Assembly (NCBI GenBank): GCA_013239625.1
Contig: MU053574.1
Coordinates: 557,844-621,843, forward strand
DNA: 64,000 nucleotides
Direction of reading: 5' to 3'
Origin: Lama guanicoe
Lineage: Eukaryota
Shown here: positions 38,520 to 50,762 of the stretch, in pieces
Numbering within the stretch: position 1 is the stretch's first letter
Layout of the letters: each line of letters opens with the position of its first letter
Notes under the pieces: model-generated
The model's database searches: none
Told to the model about the DNA's origin: nothing
What the model saw: the letters and a program-made list of their open reading frames with translations, nothing else
Translations under genes and position numbers: made by a program

Positions 38520-39150
38520 CCAAGAGTAAAAGGCGCAGGCGACGCCGCCAGGGTCGCGGTCAGACGTCGGGCGCGCTGCTCGCGCAGCGGGACGCGGGAG
38601 GAGGCGGGCCGGAAGCGACGCAGACTACTTCCGCCTCCACGACCTCGCACTTCCGGGTTGGAAGAAAGGTGGCGGCGCTCTCGCGCGGTAGGTGAGAGCG
38701 TTTTTCAGTTGTTCTTTTTTCCAGCGCGCGCTTATAAACCGAGTGGCCGTTGTCTTCCTCGCGCGGGAGACCCGCCTTTGGCCCAGGTCCCCAGAGAGGG
38801 GGGTGGCGCCTGCTTCCCCGCAGCCGCTCAGGCCCTTCGACACGGGAGCCCAGGCCGGCTCCCCGCGCCGACCTCTCGGTAGTTCCTCCCTCCCAGCCCG
38901 GGGCGCCTACCCCGGAGCAGAGCAGAGCTGGGTCTCTCCGGCACCAAAGTGGGCAGAGGCCCCGGGACCAGGCTTGGGCGCTCCCTGCGGGCCGGGGAGT
39001 AGTACGTTCCGAATAAGTGGGGGTAAAAGCATACCTAACTGTATCGAACGCGCGGGAACCACTTGCGAGCCAGGCGGACCAAAAGCGCCGGCCCTTAGGA
39101 GGCCGGTTATACACGACGGAGCGAAGGGCAGCAGGGAAGCGGCTGGTTGG
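38520..39150 (+). promoter_or_regulatory. TTF1 CpG-island promoter with ETS/GABP-type sites
   Basis: High CpG density; CCGGAAG at 38609, ACTTCCG at 38627 and 38649, GC box GGCGGG near 38603; no obvious TATA box. Confidence 0.8.
38649..38691 (+). other. TTF1: TTF1 non-coding exon 1 (TSS approximate; donor after 38687 or 38691)
   Basis: ACTTCCGGGTTGGAAGAAAGGTGGCGGCGCT resembles the human TTF1 5' UTR as I recall it; followed by overlapping donors GCG|gtaggt and TAG|gtgaga; lies in a CpG island. Confidence 0.7.
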
Positions 39151-40271
39151 TGGAGAAACACTGTATAACAAGGAGGCTGGACCCAGTCAAGGGATTAAGG
39201 AAAGTGATTTGCAAACTTAGCCCTCTTAGAGCGCAGGAAGGTAACGCTGAAGAAAAGCATTCCTGGGAGAATGAGATGCTTTTGCAAAGTCCCTGGGAAC
39301 GAAAAGCATCATGGTGTATTCTAGGAACGGAAAGAAGGCAGGATGTCTGCAACTCAGAAATGAGAGGTGGAAAGGTAGGCATGGACCAGACTAGATCTTG
39401 AGGGGTATGGTAGGTCTGTAAGGATTGAGGACTTTATCTTAAGAATGTGAGAGAAACCATAAAAACTTTTTAGTGAGAAGTGACAATGTACTTCAGAGGT
39501 TGTGCTGAGTTCAGGAGACCAGGAGAAGCTTACAAAGTGTTTACAAAAAAGAAAGAAAGGGGGAAAAAAAGAAACTGATTACAAGGAATGATCTTCTCTA
39601 TTCATTGTTGTTAAGAGATCCTGAAAGATGGGCCAGAAAAGCGTCTATTGAATTACAGGGCTTGAAGATCACAGACACTCTTACTGGAGCAGTCTAGGGA
39701 GGGGGGGTGGGGGTGGAAGCTGCAAAGAAGTGGGTTAAGAAGTTGGAAGTCAAGGAAACAGAAAGAAGAATTTCTCTCTTTAGAAATTTTCCCGTGAAGG
39801 AGGGGAAACGGAACAGCTCGATGGGACTTTAGGGTTAGGGGATGGTGGCATCTTTGGGGGTTTTGTTTGTATGTTTGTTTTAAGTTAGAAGAATCTAAAG
39901 ATTATTGGAGCATCACTGAAGGGAGCCAGTGCAGAAAGGAGAAGCTGAAGGTGTAGGAGAGAGACAGGTTACCTGATGGAGCAGGTGGAGGAGGTTGGGA
40001 CTCCCACACACATGTGGAGGCAGTGGCCTTTGACAGGTGCAGAGACACTTCCTTTGTGGTGGCAAGAGGGAAAGAGAAGGGGGCAGATGCAGGCAAACAT
40101 GCTGAATTTGGAGGGGGAGCATCTTTCTTGTCTAATGTGTGTGAGAGAGTGAGGTCATAAGGAAGTTTATCTGCTGCAAGTGAGAATGCAGGATGGACTT
40201 GAGAAGTTCGTTGAGAGTCAAGGAGATTTGAAATGATTATTTCAAGAAGAGGGGGCAAGTGAGCTATCTGG

Positions 40272-40541
40272 AGCAGTGCTGTCCCCCAAGCCGCACGTGC
40301 CATTTCAAATGTGCTAGTAGCCACATTAAAAAAGGAAAAAAAACAACATTAAAAGGAAAGAGAATTAGGAATTCATTTACTTAACAATATCCAAACGGTT
40401 ACTTCAACATGAAAGCAATATACAGAAATGAGGATTGAGATCTTTCTCTTTGTTCTCAGTCTTTGGGATGCAGTGTGCATTTTACAGTTAGAGGTGCACA
40501 GCAGCCTTGTGTGGCTGGCGGCTTTTTGTCGGACAGCGCAG
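40272..40541. mobile_element. MER33-like hAT-Charlie MITE (second copy, opposite orientation, ~50256-50520)
   Basis: agcagtgctgtcc...tagtagccacattaaaaaag...tgtgtggctggcggct...ggacagcgcag with terminal inverted repeats. Confidence 0.7.
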
Positions 40542-42164
40542 AGCTAGTGGGACATGGTGCCGTCACTGGCCAGTGCTCAGGTCCCAGCTGTAGTCAGCAA
40601 GCAAGTGTTCTTAACAGTTCAAGGGCAGCCAAAGAGCAGGCATTCATTCTCAAAAAAAAAAATTTATTGAGCTCCTCCTATGAGCTAGGCACGCTGCTAG
40701 ATGCCACGGCCATAGCTGGGGAGAAGACGGACAAAGCCTGCTAGACCCTCTCTGAATAGAGCAGCGACTTGCAGCATCACTCTGCCTATGGCTGAGGCCT
40801 CAGAGAGGCTCTAGGTGCGTTGCGGCCAGTGCAACAATGGTTCCTGGAAACGGACGGGTGACGTAGCGCTTAAGAAAGACAGACACGAGTTAAATCAAAG
40901 ATGGGACCGGGGGACTCAAGACCTCATGGATCAAGAGCCCTGAATGCCCGGTCTGCATCGTGTTTATTATGATTCTCTAGCAGGAAATAATCTAAGAATA
41001 GTTGTGAGGATTACTGAAGCCTAATAGCGATCACCAGGCCCCCAGCGCTCTAGGCTAGTCATTAAAAGATGGTCGTCATCCTGTCTCCTCCTGGCTTCCT
41101 GCTTCCGACTTGTGAATAGGTCAGGTCTGGTCACAGACAACCTTTTTGCCCTCCCTTTAGCAAACGGCAGGGTGTATGTGCCGGTGCAGGTTTCTACTCA
41201 TGTTAGCTCAGTTTTCTGAGATTAGCATCGTTTGCCTCCAGGAAGCATCTGGTTTCTGTTTAACAGCCTTAACCTGTCACGAGGGAAGTTTGTATGGTCC
41301 TTGTTCTTTAGGAGGCATCATGGTGTTCCGTATTCCCACAAGATGGGTTTCGGTGAGTTTCTGGGTGACATCAGGGAGGAAGGCCTCAACCAAAGCTCTG
41401 GGTGCCATATTGCCGGTGAGATCCTGGGACTAGGGGATTTGGCTTAGAGGTATAAAACTCCACACGTTCATTCATAATCCCCTTCCCTCCAGCCGCACAG
41501 TTCTTATACTTCTTTACACCCAGGAGAAATGAGGTGCCTTCTGTAGATGTGCTGAGCGTTCAGACTCGAAAGGCCACTGGTAAAGACAGATCTCCAGGAT
41601 CTGTTAAGTGAAACTAGCAAAATACAGATCAGAGTACATAGATGCTACCAGCTCCATAAGAAAGGAGAGGAAGTAAAGATAGATTATTTTGATGTGTGAA
41701 CCACCTAAATGTACAAACTAGTCGAAGAGAAATGAAATCTTGACAGTTGAAACCCAGAAGCAGTACAGAGCAAGGAGAATTTTCAGACGTTTGTAAAATT
41801 GCATTTTGAACCATGTCTCTCTGAAGTCCACTTCTATTTCTGTACTTAAACTCCCTCCAGAATGCGCGTGCTCTGTGTGAGTGTTGACACTGGAGCCTTG
41901 TTAAACTTCATTCCAGCTTATCGCAGAGCTCTGACTTTTTCTTAGACACCAACAGGCCCCATTCAGCCTCTTTCTCCAAGAGGTGATCTTCTGACTTGAG
42001 GCCTGCGATGCGCGATGCTCCCCCTGTGAGCCCAGCTGGGCTCAGTGCTGCAAAGGAGAAAGAGTAGCGTTTGGGGGAGGGGCCAAGCCCAAGGGGCCAG
42101 GGGAAGGCTTCTTTCTTTGTTTTTGTTTTTTTAAAATAAATACTTACAGTACACATACCCTTTC

Positions 42165-42370
42165 TGTCGTTTGTTTTGTTTTTGTTTTTTAGGGGAGGAG
42201 GTAATGAGGCCTATGTATGTACTTTCTGTCACTTGCTTTTAAACACAAATGAAAGCAATCTGTACCCTTGTTCTGCCCCTTGTTTCTTCCCCTCCCCTTA
42301 ACAGAGGCACTGGGGATTGAACCCAGGACCTCAGGCACGCCAAGCACGTGCTCCGTCCCCCACCCCCAGC
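42165..42370 (-). mobile_element. Degenerate vic-1-like SINE with extra sequence between body and tail
   Basis: acagaggcactggggattgaacccaggacctcaggcacgccaagcacgtgctc; tail motif ggaggtaatgagg lies ~85 bp away. Confidence 0.7.
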
Positions 42371-43127
42371 CCCTGATTTTTAAGTGAACCATTTCAGGCA
42401 TTAAAATAAGAGTAGGTGAAAAATAGGATAAGCACCCCTGCACTCACTACTCCAATTACGAAATGAAAGATTACAGATGGAAGAGAAACTGGCTCCATAC
42501 CTGATCCGAATCCCTGAATTTGCCAAGTGTAATCCCCATGCTGTATTCATAGTTACACTACACACATATCCATTCAGAAAAGACACATAAATTGTTTTGT
42601 GTGTTTGAAATGTAATGTACATGATTGCCATAATGTCTGTGTCCTCCTTAAGTAGGGGAAGCTTTCTTAAAGTGATGTTTAAGCCAAGCTCAGAAGGATG
42701 AGGATGAAGGGAGGGGAGGGAGGCAGCAGAGTGCGTTCCAGAAAGAGGGAGCCGTGTGCTTTAAGCCCTTGAGCTGGCGAAAGGGTTTTTTTGGCGTCTT
42801 TGGGAACCACAAAAAGGCACGTGGGTGGAGCACAGAGTTGGAAAGGAAGCGCAAAAGGTGAGACCAAGGGGGACCAGGGGCCTGACCAGGCAGAGCACTG
42901 TTCTCAGTCAGCTGATTTTTTTCTATATCATAAAGACAGTGGAATGGGACGAGTGAATTACAGCGAGCCTCCTATGCGTTTAGAGTAATACACAATTTAT
43001 AGTTGTGCTGCAGGCTCGTCATTTGTCCTGCAGTTTCATTCTGTGTTTTTTTTTTTCCTCCTGAGGCTAACATTTAAAATGCTTTGCAAAAATAAACCGT
43101 GTTGTTAAGTTTCCATGTAGGAACAAA

Positions 43128-44131
43128 ATGGAAGGAGAATCAAGCAGATTGGAAACCTACACTCCAGTCTTTGACAAGAAGAAGACAAAGTGTCGTGTAT
43201 ATAAGGAAAGACATCAGAGGCATTGCCATGAAAGTTTCAGAGACTCCCCCCTGGCCAATGGACAGTCTTACGTAACTAAGAGGAAAAAAAAGAGAAAGGA
43301 CCACCGGCATCTTGTTTCTTCTCCTTTGAAAAGATCAGAATTCTGTGATGAGACTGAAAAGGCCCCTTCTATCCCCAAAAAGAATAAAAAGAGAAAAAAA
43401 AGTGCCGTGGATGTAGACAAGGAAACCAGTGTTGCATACGTTGTGGTGGATAAAGAAAACATTGAGAACAGACCAAAGAAGGTTAGAAGGGATGTGGATG
43501 TCGTTTACGTTGCTATAAGCAAGGGACGAAAGTCAGTGAAAGAGCCTGGAGCAGATGAACCACATTCCGTTACTAAACCACGTAAAACTGAGTCAGAAAG
43601 ACTGCGTGATAAAGTTCGGAAGAAAAAGCATAAAAAACGGCATAGGAAAGCTGCATCCTGTGATGCTGTTGAGGAAGGCCCCGGTGCAGGCGTCCCTCTG
43701 CCTCCGTCAGAACCCTGGGAGCAGGAAGCCCAGCCTTCCGTGGGCTGCGAAGGTGAAACTACACATCTCGCAGGACCTGCTCGTAAACACAAGTCCAAGA
43801 AAAGAAAGAGACACCGTTCAAATCAGGAGGAGTTTGAGGCCTCGCCGGAGAGTGCTGAGACTGGGCACTCTGAGGGATCACAAGTGGTCGGCGAGGCCGG
43901 GACTGCAGAAAGTGGGAAGCAATCAAGCAGCATGAAGAAAAAGTCTAAGAAAAGGAAGCGGAGATCTGTTGAAAATGCTGCGGCGTCCGGAGGTGATTTT
44001 TCAGTGCTCGTGACGAGCTTTGAGGACACACCCTCTTATGCACTGGAAGATAATGGTACCTTGATGGAGGACAGTGCGAAACCCAGGCCACAAGAGGAGG
44101 GAACCCAGGCCTGTTTGGAAGAGGTGCAGAG
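43128..44131 (+). CDS. TTF1: TTF1 exon 2 (first coding exon; exon starts at 43121), basic low-complexity N-terminal region
   Basis: Acceptor ttccatgtag|GAACAAAATG; ORF MEGESSRLETYTPVFDKKK... matches the mammalian TTF1 N-terminus; donor CAGAG|gtaacc; 1004 coding nt, ends phase 2. Confidence 0.96.
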
Positions 44132-44366
44132 GTAACCTGGGGGTGTTGGGGCTTCTGACGGTGTGCGTGTTGTGTGTGCATTCCGCCTGTGACCTCTTTG
44201 TTCAGCACGTCCACAGTAAGTGGCAGAAATCACAGAGAGATAGGCCATCAAATGTACAGAAGGGTATGCTGAACTGAGTACCTTGGCAGGTACCGTCCTT
44301 CCTTCATGTATGAAATAGGCAGTTAGATTCGGTTTTCACTAAGAACTGTTCCAGCCCTGAAATTCT

Positions 44367-44706
44367 GTTTTCCCCCACTTTTGGTGATTTTTTTTTTTAA
44401 TTGAAGTGTAGTCAGTTTACAGTGTTGTGTCAATTTCTGGTGTGCACATGTTTCAGTTACACGTGTACATACATATATTCCTTTTCATGTTCTTTTTCAT
44501 TATCAGTTACTGCAAGATATTGCATATAGCTAGTTCCCTGTGCTCTGCAGTAGAAACTTGTTTATTTTATATACAGTAGTTAGTACATGCAAATCTCAAA
44601 CTCCCAATTTATCCCTTCCCACCTCCTTTCCCAACCCTGGTAACCATGCTTGTTCTCTATGTCTGTGAGTCTGTTTCTGTTTTGTAAATAAGTTCATTTG
44701 TGTCAT
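44367..44706 (-). mobile_element. 5'-truncated L1 3' end with a perfect 18-bp TSD
   Basis: TTCCAGCCCTGAAATTCT at 44349-44366 and 44707-44724; poly(T) + aattgaagtgtagtcagtttacagtgttgtgtc. Confidence 0.92.
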
Positions 44707-45804
44707 TTCCAGCCCTGAAATTCTATGCATAAGCTTAAAAGGCATTTTAAGACCACCAAATTACCCTTGTCTGCATTCACATAGCTAGAAGAAGGGATTA
44801 GGTAGCTTAGAATGTTACGGTGCAGGAAAAAAAAGCTGAATTAGGGTTCTCACTAATAAAATAAAAGTAGATATCATTATTTGTATAATTATCATTTAAA
44901 TACACTGGTTGATGAATAAAAATGCAGGAATTTCTTTAAACCACTTTGTCTCAGTTCCTAGGACTTAGGACAGATTTTCTCCCCATGTGTACTCAGTGAC
45001 TTATGTTTGCTAGATTGTCCTGGCTTAAAATAGTTTCACATAGAAGTTAAATGGGAGAGGGGCCCACTCTTATCATCCCCTGGGCCATGTCACTGGGGAC
45101 AGTTTTAGATCACTAATCATGAGGCAGAAATGTTTTAGAACTGTGGTTCTTCACTGGTATTGGGCTGTGGACCCTGTGAAAGTTATTGACCCTTTGCTCA
45201 AATGCAGAGTTGTTTTGTTTTGTTTTGTTTCTCAGTTTCCTGTCTGAGTGGTTAGCTGATACAGTTGAACATTGTACGAGCAGCTTTGGACATCGGGCAG
45301 AAGGTTTGGGATGAATGAGTGATAGATACAGAGGAAGCTATGTTTTCTTTGTACTTCAAATGGGAAAAAATGTGGCCATTGTTAACTGCAACAAAACAGT
45401 TATAACTACGTCAACTCTGAATATTGACTTAACTAGTTAGTAACCATTATTATAAAACTTAACTCATTGGAAGCCTTGGGGAGAGGAATCTTGAGTGTCC
45501 ATGGGGTTAGAAGAGGGCTTACCTTATTAGGAATTCAGTATCTGAAACAAAAAAGTTGAGGAAGAGTAATAGAAAAAATGATACCCAGTGGGAAGAGGGC
45601 GCAGGGCTGCACATGTGCCTCTGGGGCGTGGCCAGGTTAGGAGAGCAACACTGAAGAAGAGTTCAGGCATCACAGATGGAGTCAGTTCCAGGGTCTAGTT
45701 TTAATGTGGCTGCAGTCTAAGTGAGAGTCACTGTGAGAAAAGAATATGAAAGCCATTAAAGCAAGTGACCTGTCAGTGATAATCAATCCAGTTTTTCTCC
45801 TTAG

Positions 45805-46031
45805 GTTAGAACCTACAAATGAAGAAGAAAGCAGTTTGAAATTGGCTAAAGATTCTGAAAGAAAGTATTTATTTGAAGATTTGAGAGGCTCTGGTGACCG
45901 CGACGTGGATTTGGACTCTGCTGTGAAGCAGCTCCAAGAGTTCATCCCTGACATCAGGGAGAGGGCTGCCACCACCATCAAGCGGATGTACCGGGACGAC
46001 CTGGGCCGCTTTAAGGAGTTTAAAGCCCAGG
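45805..46031 (+). CDS. TTF1: TTF1 exon 3
   Basis: tttttctccttag|G TTA GAA; encodes (R)LEPTNEEE...[39 protein letters not shown]; donor CAGG|gtgagc; 227 nt, phase-consistent. Confidence 0.96.
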
Positions 46032-47142
46032 GTGAGCTTGTGGGCCTTCAGTATTTGTTGAACTTTTCTGTCTGCGTAACTAGTCCTGACTTTCCTGTGT
46101 GAATGATTCAGACTGATTTCCAAAAAGCATCCGCTAGCTACTTTCTGCTTACCTCCTTCCAGAATTGTGGTCTGAGCTGTAAAATTAGCAAAATGAAATA
46201 CACTGGTTCTCCTCTTTTTGGCCCAACTTCTGGTAGAGGAGGCGAGGAGGAATGGGCTGAAGGAGCCAGGTGATCCACGGCCTAGAAGATCAGACCTGGA
46301 AGAAGGGCGGGAGGAGGCTCGGTGGCTGAGGGCCTGGGGAGGGTGCACTTGCGAGATAAAACTAACATAAACAAACAAAACCCCTCATGTCAGCATCGTC
46401 CGCTTTGACAAGGGCCATTTCTCTTTCCCCAGGATGTTAATTCGGGGATGAGCTGGTTGGAGGGGGCATGGTCTCAAGCAAGACCCACCTTGGTTTCCTT
46501 GATCTCACTGTGTTACAAGAACCTCCCAGAAAGCTTACTGGGTTTCAGAACAAACCACAAATGTAAGGCTGTGACCGCCATGTGAGCAGTTTTTACTCAC
46601 GTGTATCTGCTGTGTGAGGCCTGATGCCACTGGTCATGGAAAGAAGTAAAAAGAGGGGCTTTATGGAATTAATCATGTTGATGAGATGAGTTTTTTTTTA
46701 AATAGATTAAGCGAGAAAAACACAATTTATAGAGCAGTATGTGTAGGATTCCACTTTATTTCTGTATTCTGTGTTGAAATTTTTATGAGTATGCATTTTG
46801 TAAAAGATTTTTGAGATAAGTCTAAGAATAGGAAAATAGAGTGTATCGTGCAGTCAGTAATAATGACACTTGAGCGCTCTCAGTTATGATGAGGAACAGA
46901 ACATGAAGTGCAGTGACATCGCCCCACCTCCCCCCAACATATATGCGTAGAGAAATGAGAGATGATACGTCTGTGTTCACATTTGCGCCAGCCAGTGAAC
47001 AGCCCTGCCGTGGTGGCAGGGTGGGGGGTGTGACAGAGGAGAGTGAAGGGGGGCTTCTTTTAGATAACTTTTATATCAATACTGTTAGAACTTTAATGAA
47101 TATAAATTACTGCTAATTTTTTTAATGATTATTTTAAATGCT

Positions 47143-47233
47143 GGGAAGGTGGGATGTAGCTCAATGGTAGAGCGTATACTTAGCATGCATGAGGTCCTGG
47201 GTTCGATCCCCAGTACCTTGAGGTTAAAAAAAA
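47143..47233 (+). mobile_element. tRNA-derived SINE (vic-1-like)
   Basis: tgtagctcaatggtagagcgtatacttagcatgcatgaggtcctgggttcgatccccagtacc + A-tail. Confidence 0.9.
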
Positions 47234-47453
47234 GGGAGGGTGGGGAGAGATTGATGACACAAGAAAGGTCACATTGGAGTAGGATGACGAGGGAAAGCCT
47301 TTGGGAGGAGGGTGTGGTTTGAGCCAAACTCTACGGGAAAGCGGCTGTCAAAGGCACGGGCAGGGGCCACGCTAAATGGCTAAAGACCCAGCGTTGGTTC
47401 GCTTTCATTCATGGTTGACAGTTGCGTCCTTTTTCACCCACCCCCAACCCTAG

Positions 47454-47639
47454 GTGTCACCATTAAATTTGGCAAGTTTTCTGTGAAGGAGAATAAGCAG
47501 TTAGAGAAAAACGTGCAAGAATTTCTGTCCCTGACGGGAATCGATAACGCAGACAAGCTGCTGTACGCAGACAGGTACCCAGAGGAGAAATCCACCATCA
47601 CCAACTTGAAAAGGAAGCACTCGTTCAGACTGCACATCG
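47454..47639 (+). CDS. TTF1: TTF1 exon 4
   Basis: ccctag|GT GTC ACC; encodes (G)[20 protein letters not shown]...KHSFRLHI; donor ATCG|gtaagt; 186 nt. Confidence 0.96.
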
Positions 47640-48408
47640 GTAAGTCAGGCGGCGGGCACTCTGCGCCCCCGCAGGCTTCCTGCCCTGCTCGGAGGCCCCG
47701 CGGCCCGCACTGTGCGTGCAGTGCGTGTGCGTGGTGTCTTCGCTGCCAGCGTGGCTTTCAGGCACTGGGGCTGTCCTGTCTCCCAAGAGTAGCGCCTCAC
47801 AGTTTTCATGTAGCTGTATACATGCTTGGAGCGGGAACTCTCCTCTGGGAGGCATCCTTGGAAAGTTTGAAGGTCAGGAAGCAACGTCGGTTTCGACTGA
47901 AAAAAAAACCTCTCTCAAATTTAAAGAGGATAATTTCTTAGGTGTTCTCTGGAATGCGCAGAGGAAATCAGAACAGCGAGCCCTGTGGGGGTTTCTCTTC
48001 TTGAGAGTGGGAAAGCAGGGATGAGTTGTTCGCTTGGAAAGCTTTCTTGTTTATCTCATGGAGACCCGCTGGCCTGTGTTCTCCACCTTAGCACCCCTGC
48101 CTCCTAATTCAAATTATGTTAAAATCACTTTGCCTTGTAAGGGTCTCTTCCATGAATTTGGCAGACCCAAAGCCCGGAGCCTTACACACTAAGCGTCTAA
48201 CTTTTGGAGGTCGCCAGGGAAACTGATGATTCTGTGTATCTGCTCCCCGAGACAGCTTTCTGTGGGACACAGGAAACCCCAGCCTTCCCACGGGGTCTGG
48301 GACAGCGCGTGCTGTTGGAAGCGGCTGTTCTGGGTTCCGTTCACCATCGGGACTGCCCTTCACGCCATGCTCTGTGTGCACCTCTGAGTACCTTTCTCCT
48401 GCCTTTAG

Positions 48409-48487
48409 GGAAGGGCATTGCCCGGCCCTGGAAGCTGGTGTACTATCGAGCAAAGAAGATGTTCGATGTCAATAATTACAAAGGCAG
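48409..48487 (+). CDS. TTF1: TTF1 exon 5
   Basis: cctttag|GG AAG; encodes (G)[25 protein letters not shown](R); donor GGCAG|gtaagt; 79 nt. Confidence 0.96.
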
Positions 48488-50762
48488 GTAAGTCAGCAAG
48501 CTTAGCAGCTTGAGCAGACCGTTTCTCTGGTCTTGGTTGATACTATAAAGCGAAACGTCCACAGGAACAGGTTAGAAGCGCCAAAATCGTGACGATTTCT
48601 GTGTGCGGACCCAGAGTGTGTATCTGCTGTCAGGTGTATGTCTTCAAGGCTCTCTTCAGTTTCCACTTTGTTAATAAATCTTCTGTGACCTTTCCCTGTC
48701 GAGATCTGCAGCTTTTTCTTTCGTTTTAGCCCTCTGCATGCTCTGCCTCTTACTGTTGCTCGTGAAATTTTCTCTGGTAAGTTGTAATCTCCCTGCAAAC
48801 CCAGGCGTTCCTTCTCACTTAGCCCAGTGCTTTGGGTTTTCAGAACCCAAAATATTCAAAGGTGGAGTTGAGTGCTGGTGTGAGGTCATTTCAGTGTGAT
48901 TCAGTAACATCGAGGCAGAGAGCTTCATGTAGTGACAACCATTCTCTCCTCCCTTTTATCCTAAATGAAATACCCAGTTATAGTCTGTTTCCAACTTTCC
49001 AAATAAAGCGAATGTAGATTAAGTGTCGAGTATGGGTCAGCACTCTGCCCAGGGACCAGGGGAGGAGCCGGAAGGCATCGGGCCCTACCTGCGAGGACCC
49101 AGGCAGCAACCATGGGCTCGACTACTTGATCTCGCTCTGGGAGGCGGAGTGAGTGCCGCCAGCAGGGCCGGTTGAGTCCTCCTTAGCTACGTGGTTTTAA
49201 AGCAAGACGTACGTATTACCAGAACTTCCAACAGCGCTATGACCTTGGTTTCTTTTTTTAAATTTTAACCAAAAGAAACAAACCTTAAGTAGAGGAAAGG
49301 CCCCCTACACAGACTGAAACCTGCCTTCCCTTTTTCCCAAGCCCCAACGTTGGACAGCCATGGACAGAACTTTTAGGAAATTCACTGAAGATGACATTGT
49401 AAATGGGACTTAAAAGATGCTTTTGGTAAATCAGAGAGGTGGCATGTTTTTCTACCCGTCATATCAGTGCAGGAATGAAATTTTTAGAATAATGAGCACC
49501 TGTCATTCCAATAAGAAAGTTCATTCATTTGTACCATATTATTTGTGTTGTGATGACCATTTACCTTAGAATATTTTTCCAATTTAAGGAATTCCTAAGT
49601 GAAAAAAACTGCAGAAAGTCCAAAGTCAAGGAATTATAAGGCCCTCAGGGGTTGGGGAGTTCAGTACCCCTGTTTCCTCATTTTTGTACATTCAATTTCC
49701 CTCTTCTGTCCTCTTTTCTGTTTGCTTCAAGGATGCCTTCAAGTCGGCTTTTATTAGTCTCAGAAAGGCCCTGATTGCCTTGAGTTGGAAACTACTAGAA
49801 AGCTTGATTCTCAGCAGTGAAGGCCTACGCATTGGTGTTCACCATTCTCTGCATTTTAGATGAATTTCTGAGAACAGTGGGATCTCATCGTCCCGACGTG
49901 ATTGTGGGTCGCTGTTGTTAGCAGTGGTTTGCCTTTTCCTAGGGCTGCTTTTGTGTTGCGTTAGTAATAACAGAATCCGCCACCTCCCACCCCGCCACGT
50001 TAAGGAATTGCTTTTCCTTCACTTAAACGTTTAAGGTGCTTCATCTCAAAATCTACTTATATTGTAGTGCATTTTAGTTCTTTTCTTTAATATATTTGTT
50101 CTATGTGGGGTTCCTGTACCTTTGCTTCCTTAAAAAGTTACATATTTGTGCTCAGCCTCTGCCACGTAGTTCTTGGACATCTGTCTGTCAAGCATTATGG
50201 ATGCCGTGGTGTAGAAAACCGACAGGGTCCCTCCCCTGCTAGGACCTCCCCTGCAGAGCTGTGCTGTCCATCCCGGTGACTGCCAGCCTCGTGTGGCTTT
50301 TGACCACTTGAAATGTGGTTAGTCCAAGCCGAAATCTGCCAAGGAGTAGAACACACATTGGACTTAGAGGGCTTAGTGTGAAGAAGAGAATGTAAGGAAT
50401 CTCATTCATGCTTTTAAATACTGATTACATGTTGGAATGGTTGTCTTTTTAATACATGGGGTCACATAAAATATATTGTTAAATAAATTCATGGAAACTA
50501 AATAAAATTAATTTTCACGGGACCACTAGGAAGTCTTAGGTGGCATACGTGGCTCATACAACATTTCTGTTAGACAGCGCTGGTCTAAAGGCAGAGGCAG
50601 ATAAACGGGTGATGAGGCTCTGGTCCTCGCAGGGCTGCGCTGAACCAGGTTTCTGACAGCCCGCCCCATTCCACCTTTTCCAGCGCTGCGGCAGCCAGAG
50701 ATGAGGATAGTTTTTAATCTTGTGGTTAATGCATAATTGTGATACGTTTCCCTTCCTCTTAG

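Noticed and set aside
38560..39171. 203-aa and overlapping ORFs in the TTF1 promoter
   Set aside because: Stop-poor GC-rich CpG island; no recognisable protein similarity
47150..47220. tRNA-Ala-like sequence with A and B boxes (and about eight similar copies)
   Set aside because: A-rich tails, TSDs on several copies, dispersed diverged copies and no intact cloverleaf: these are SINEs, not tRNA genes
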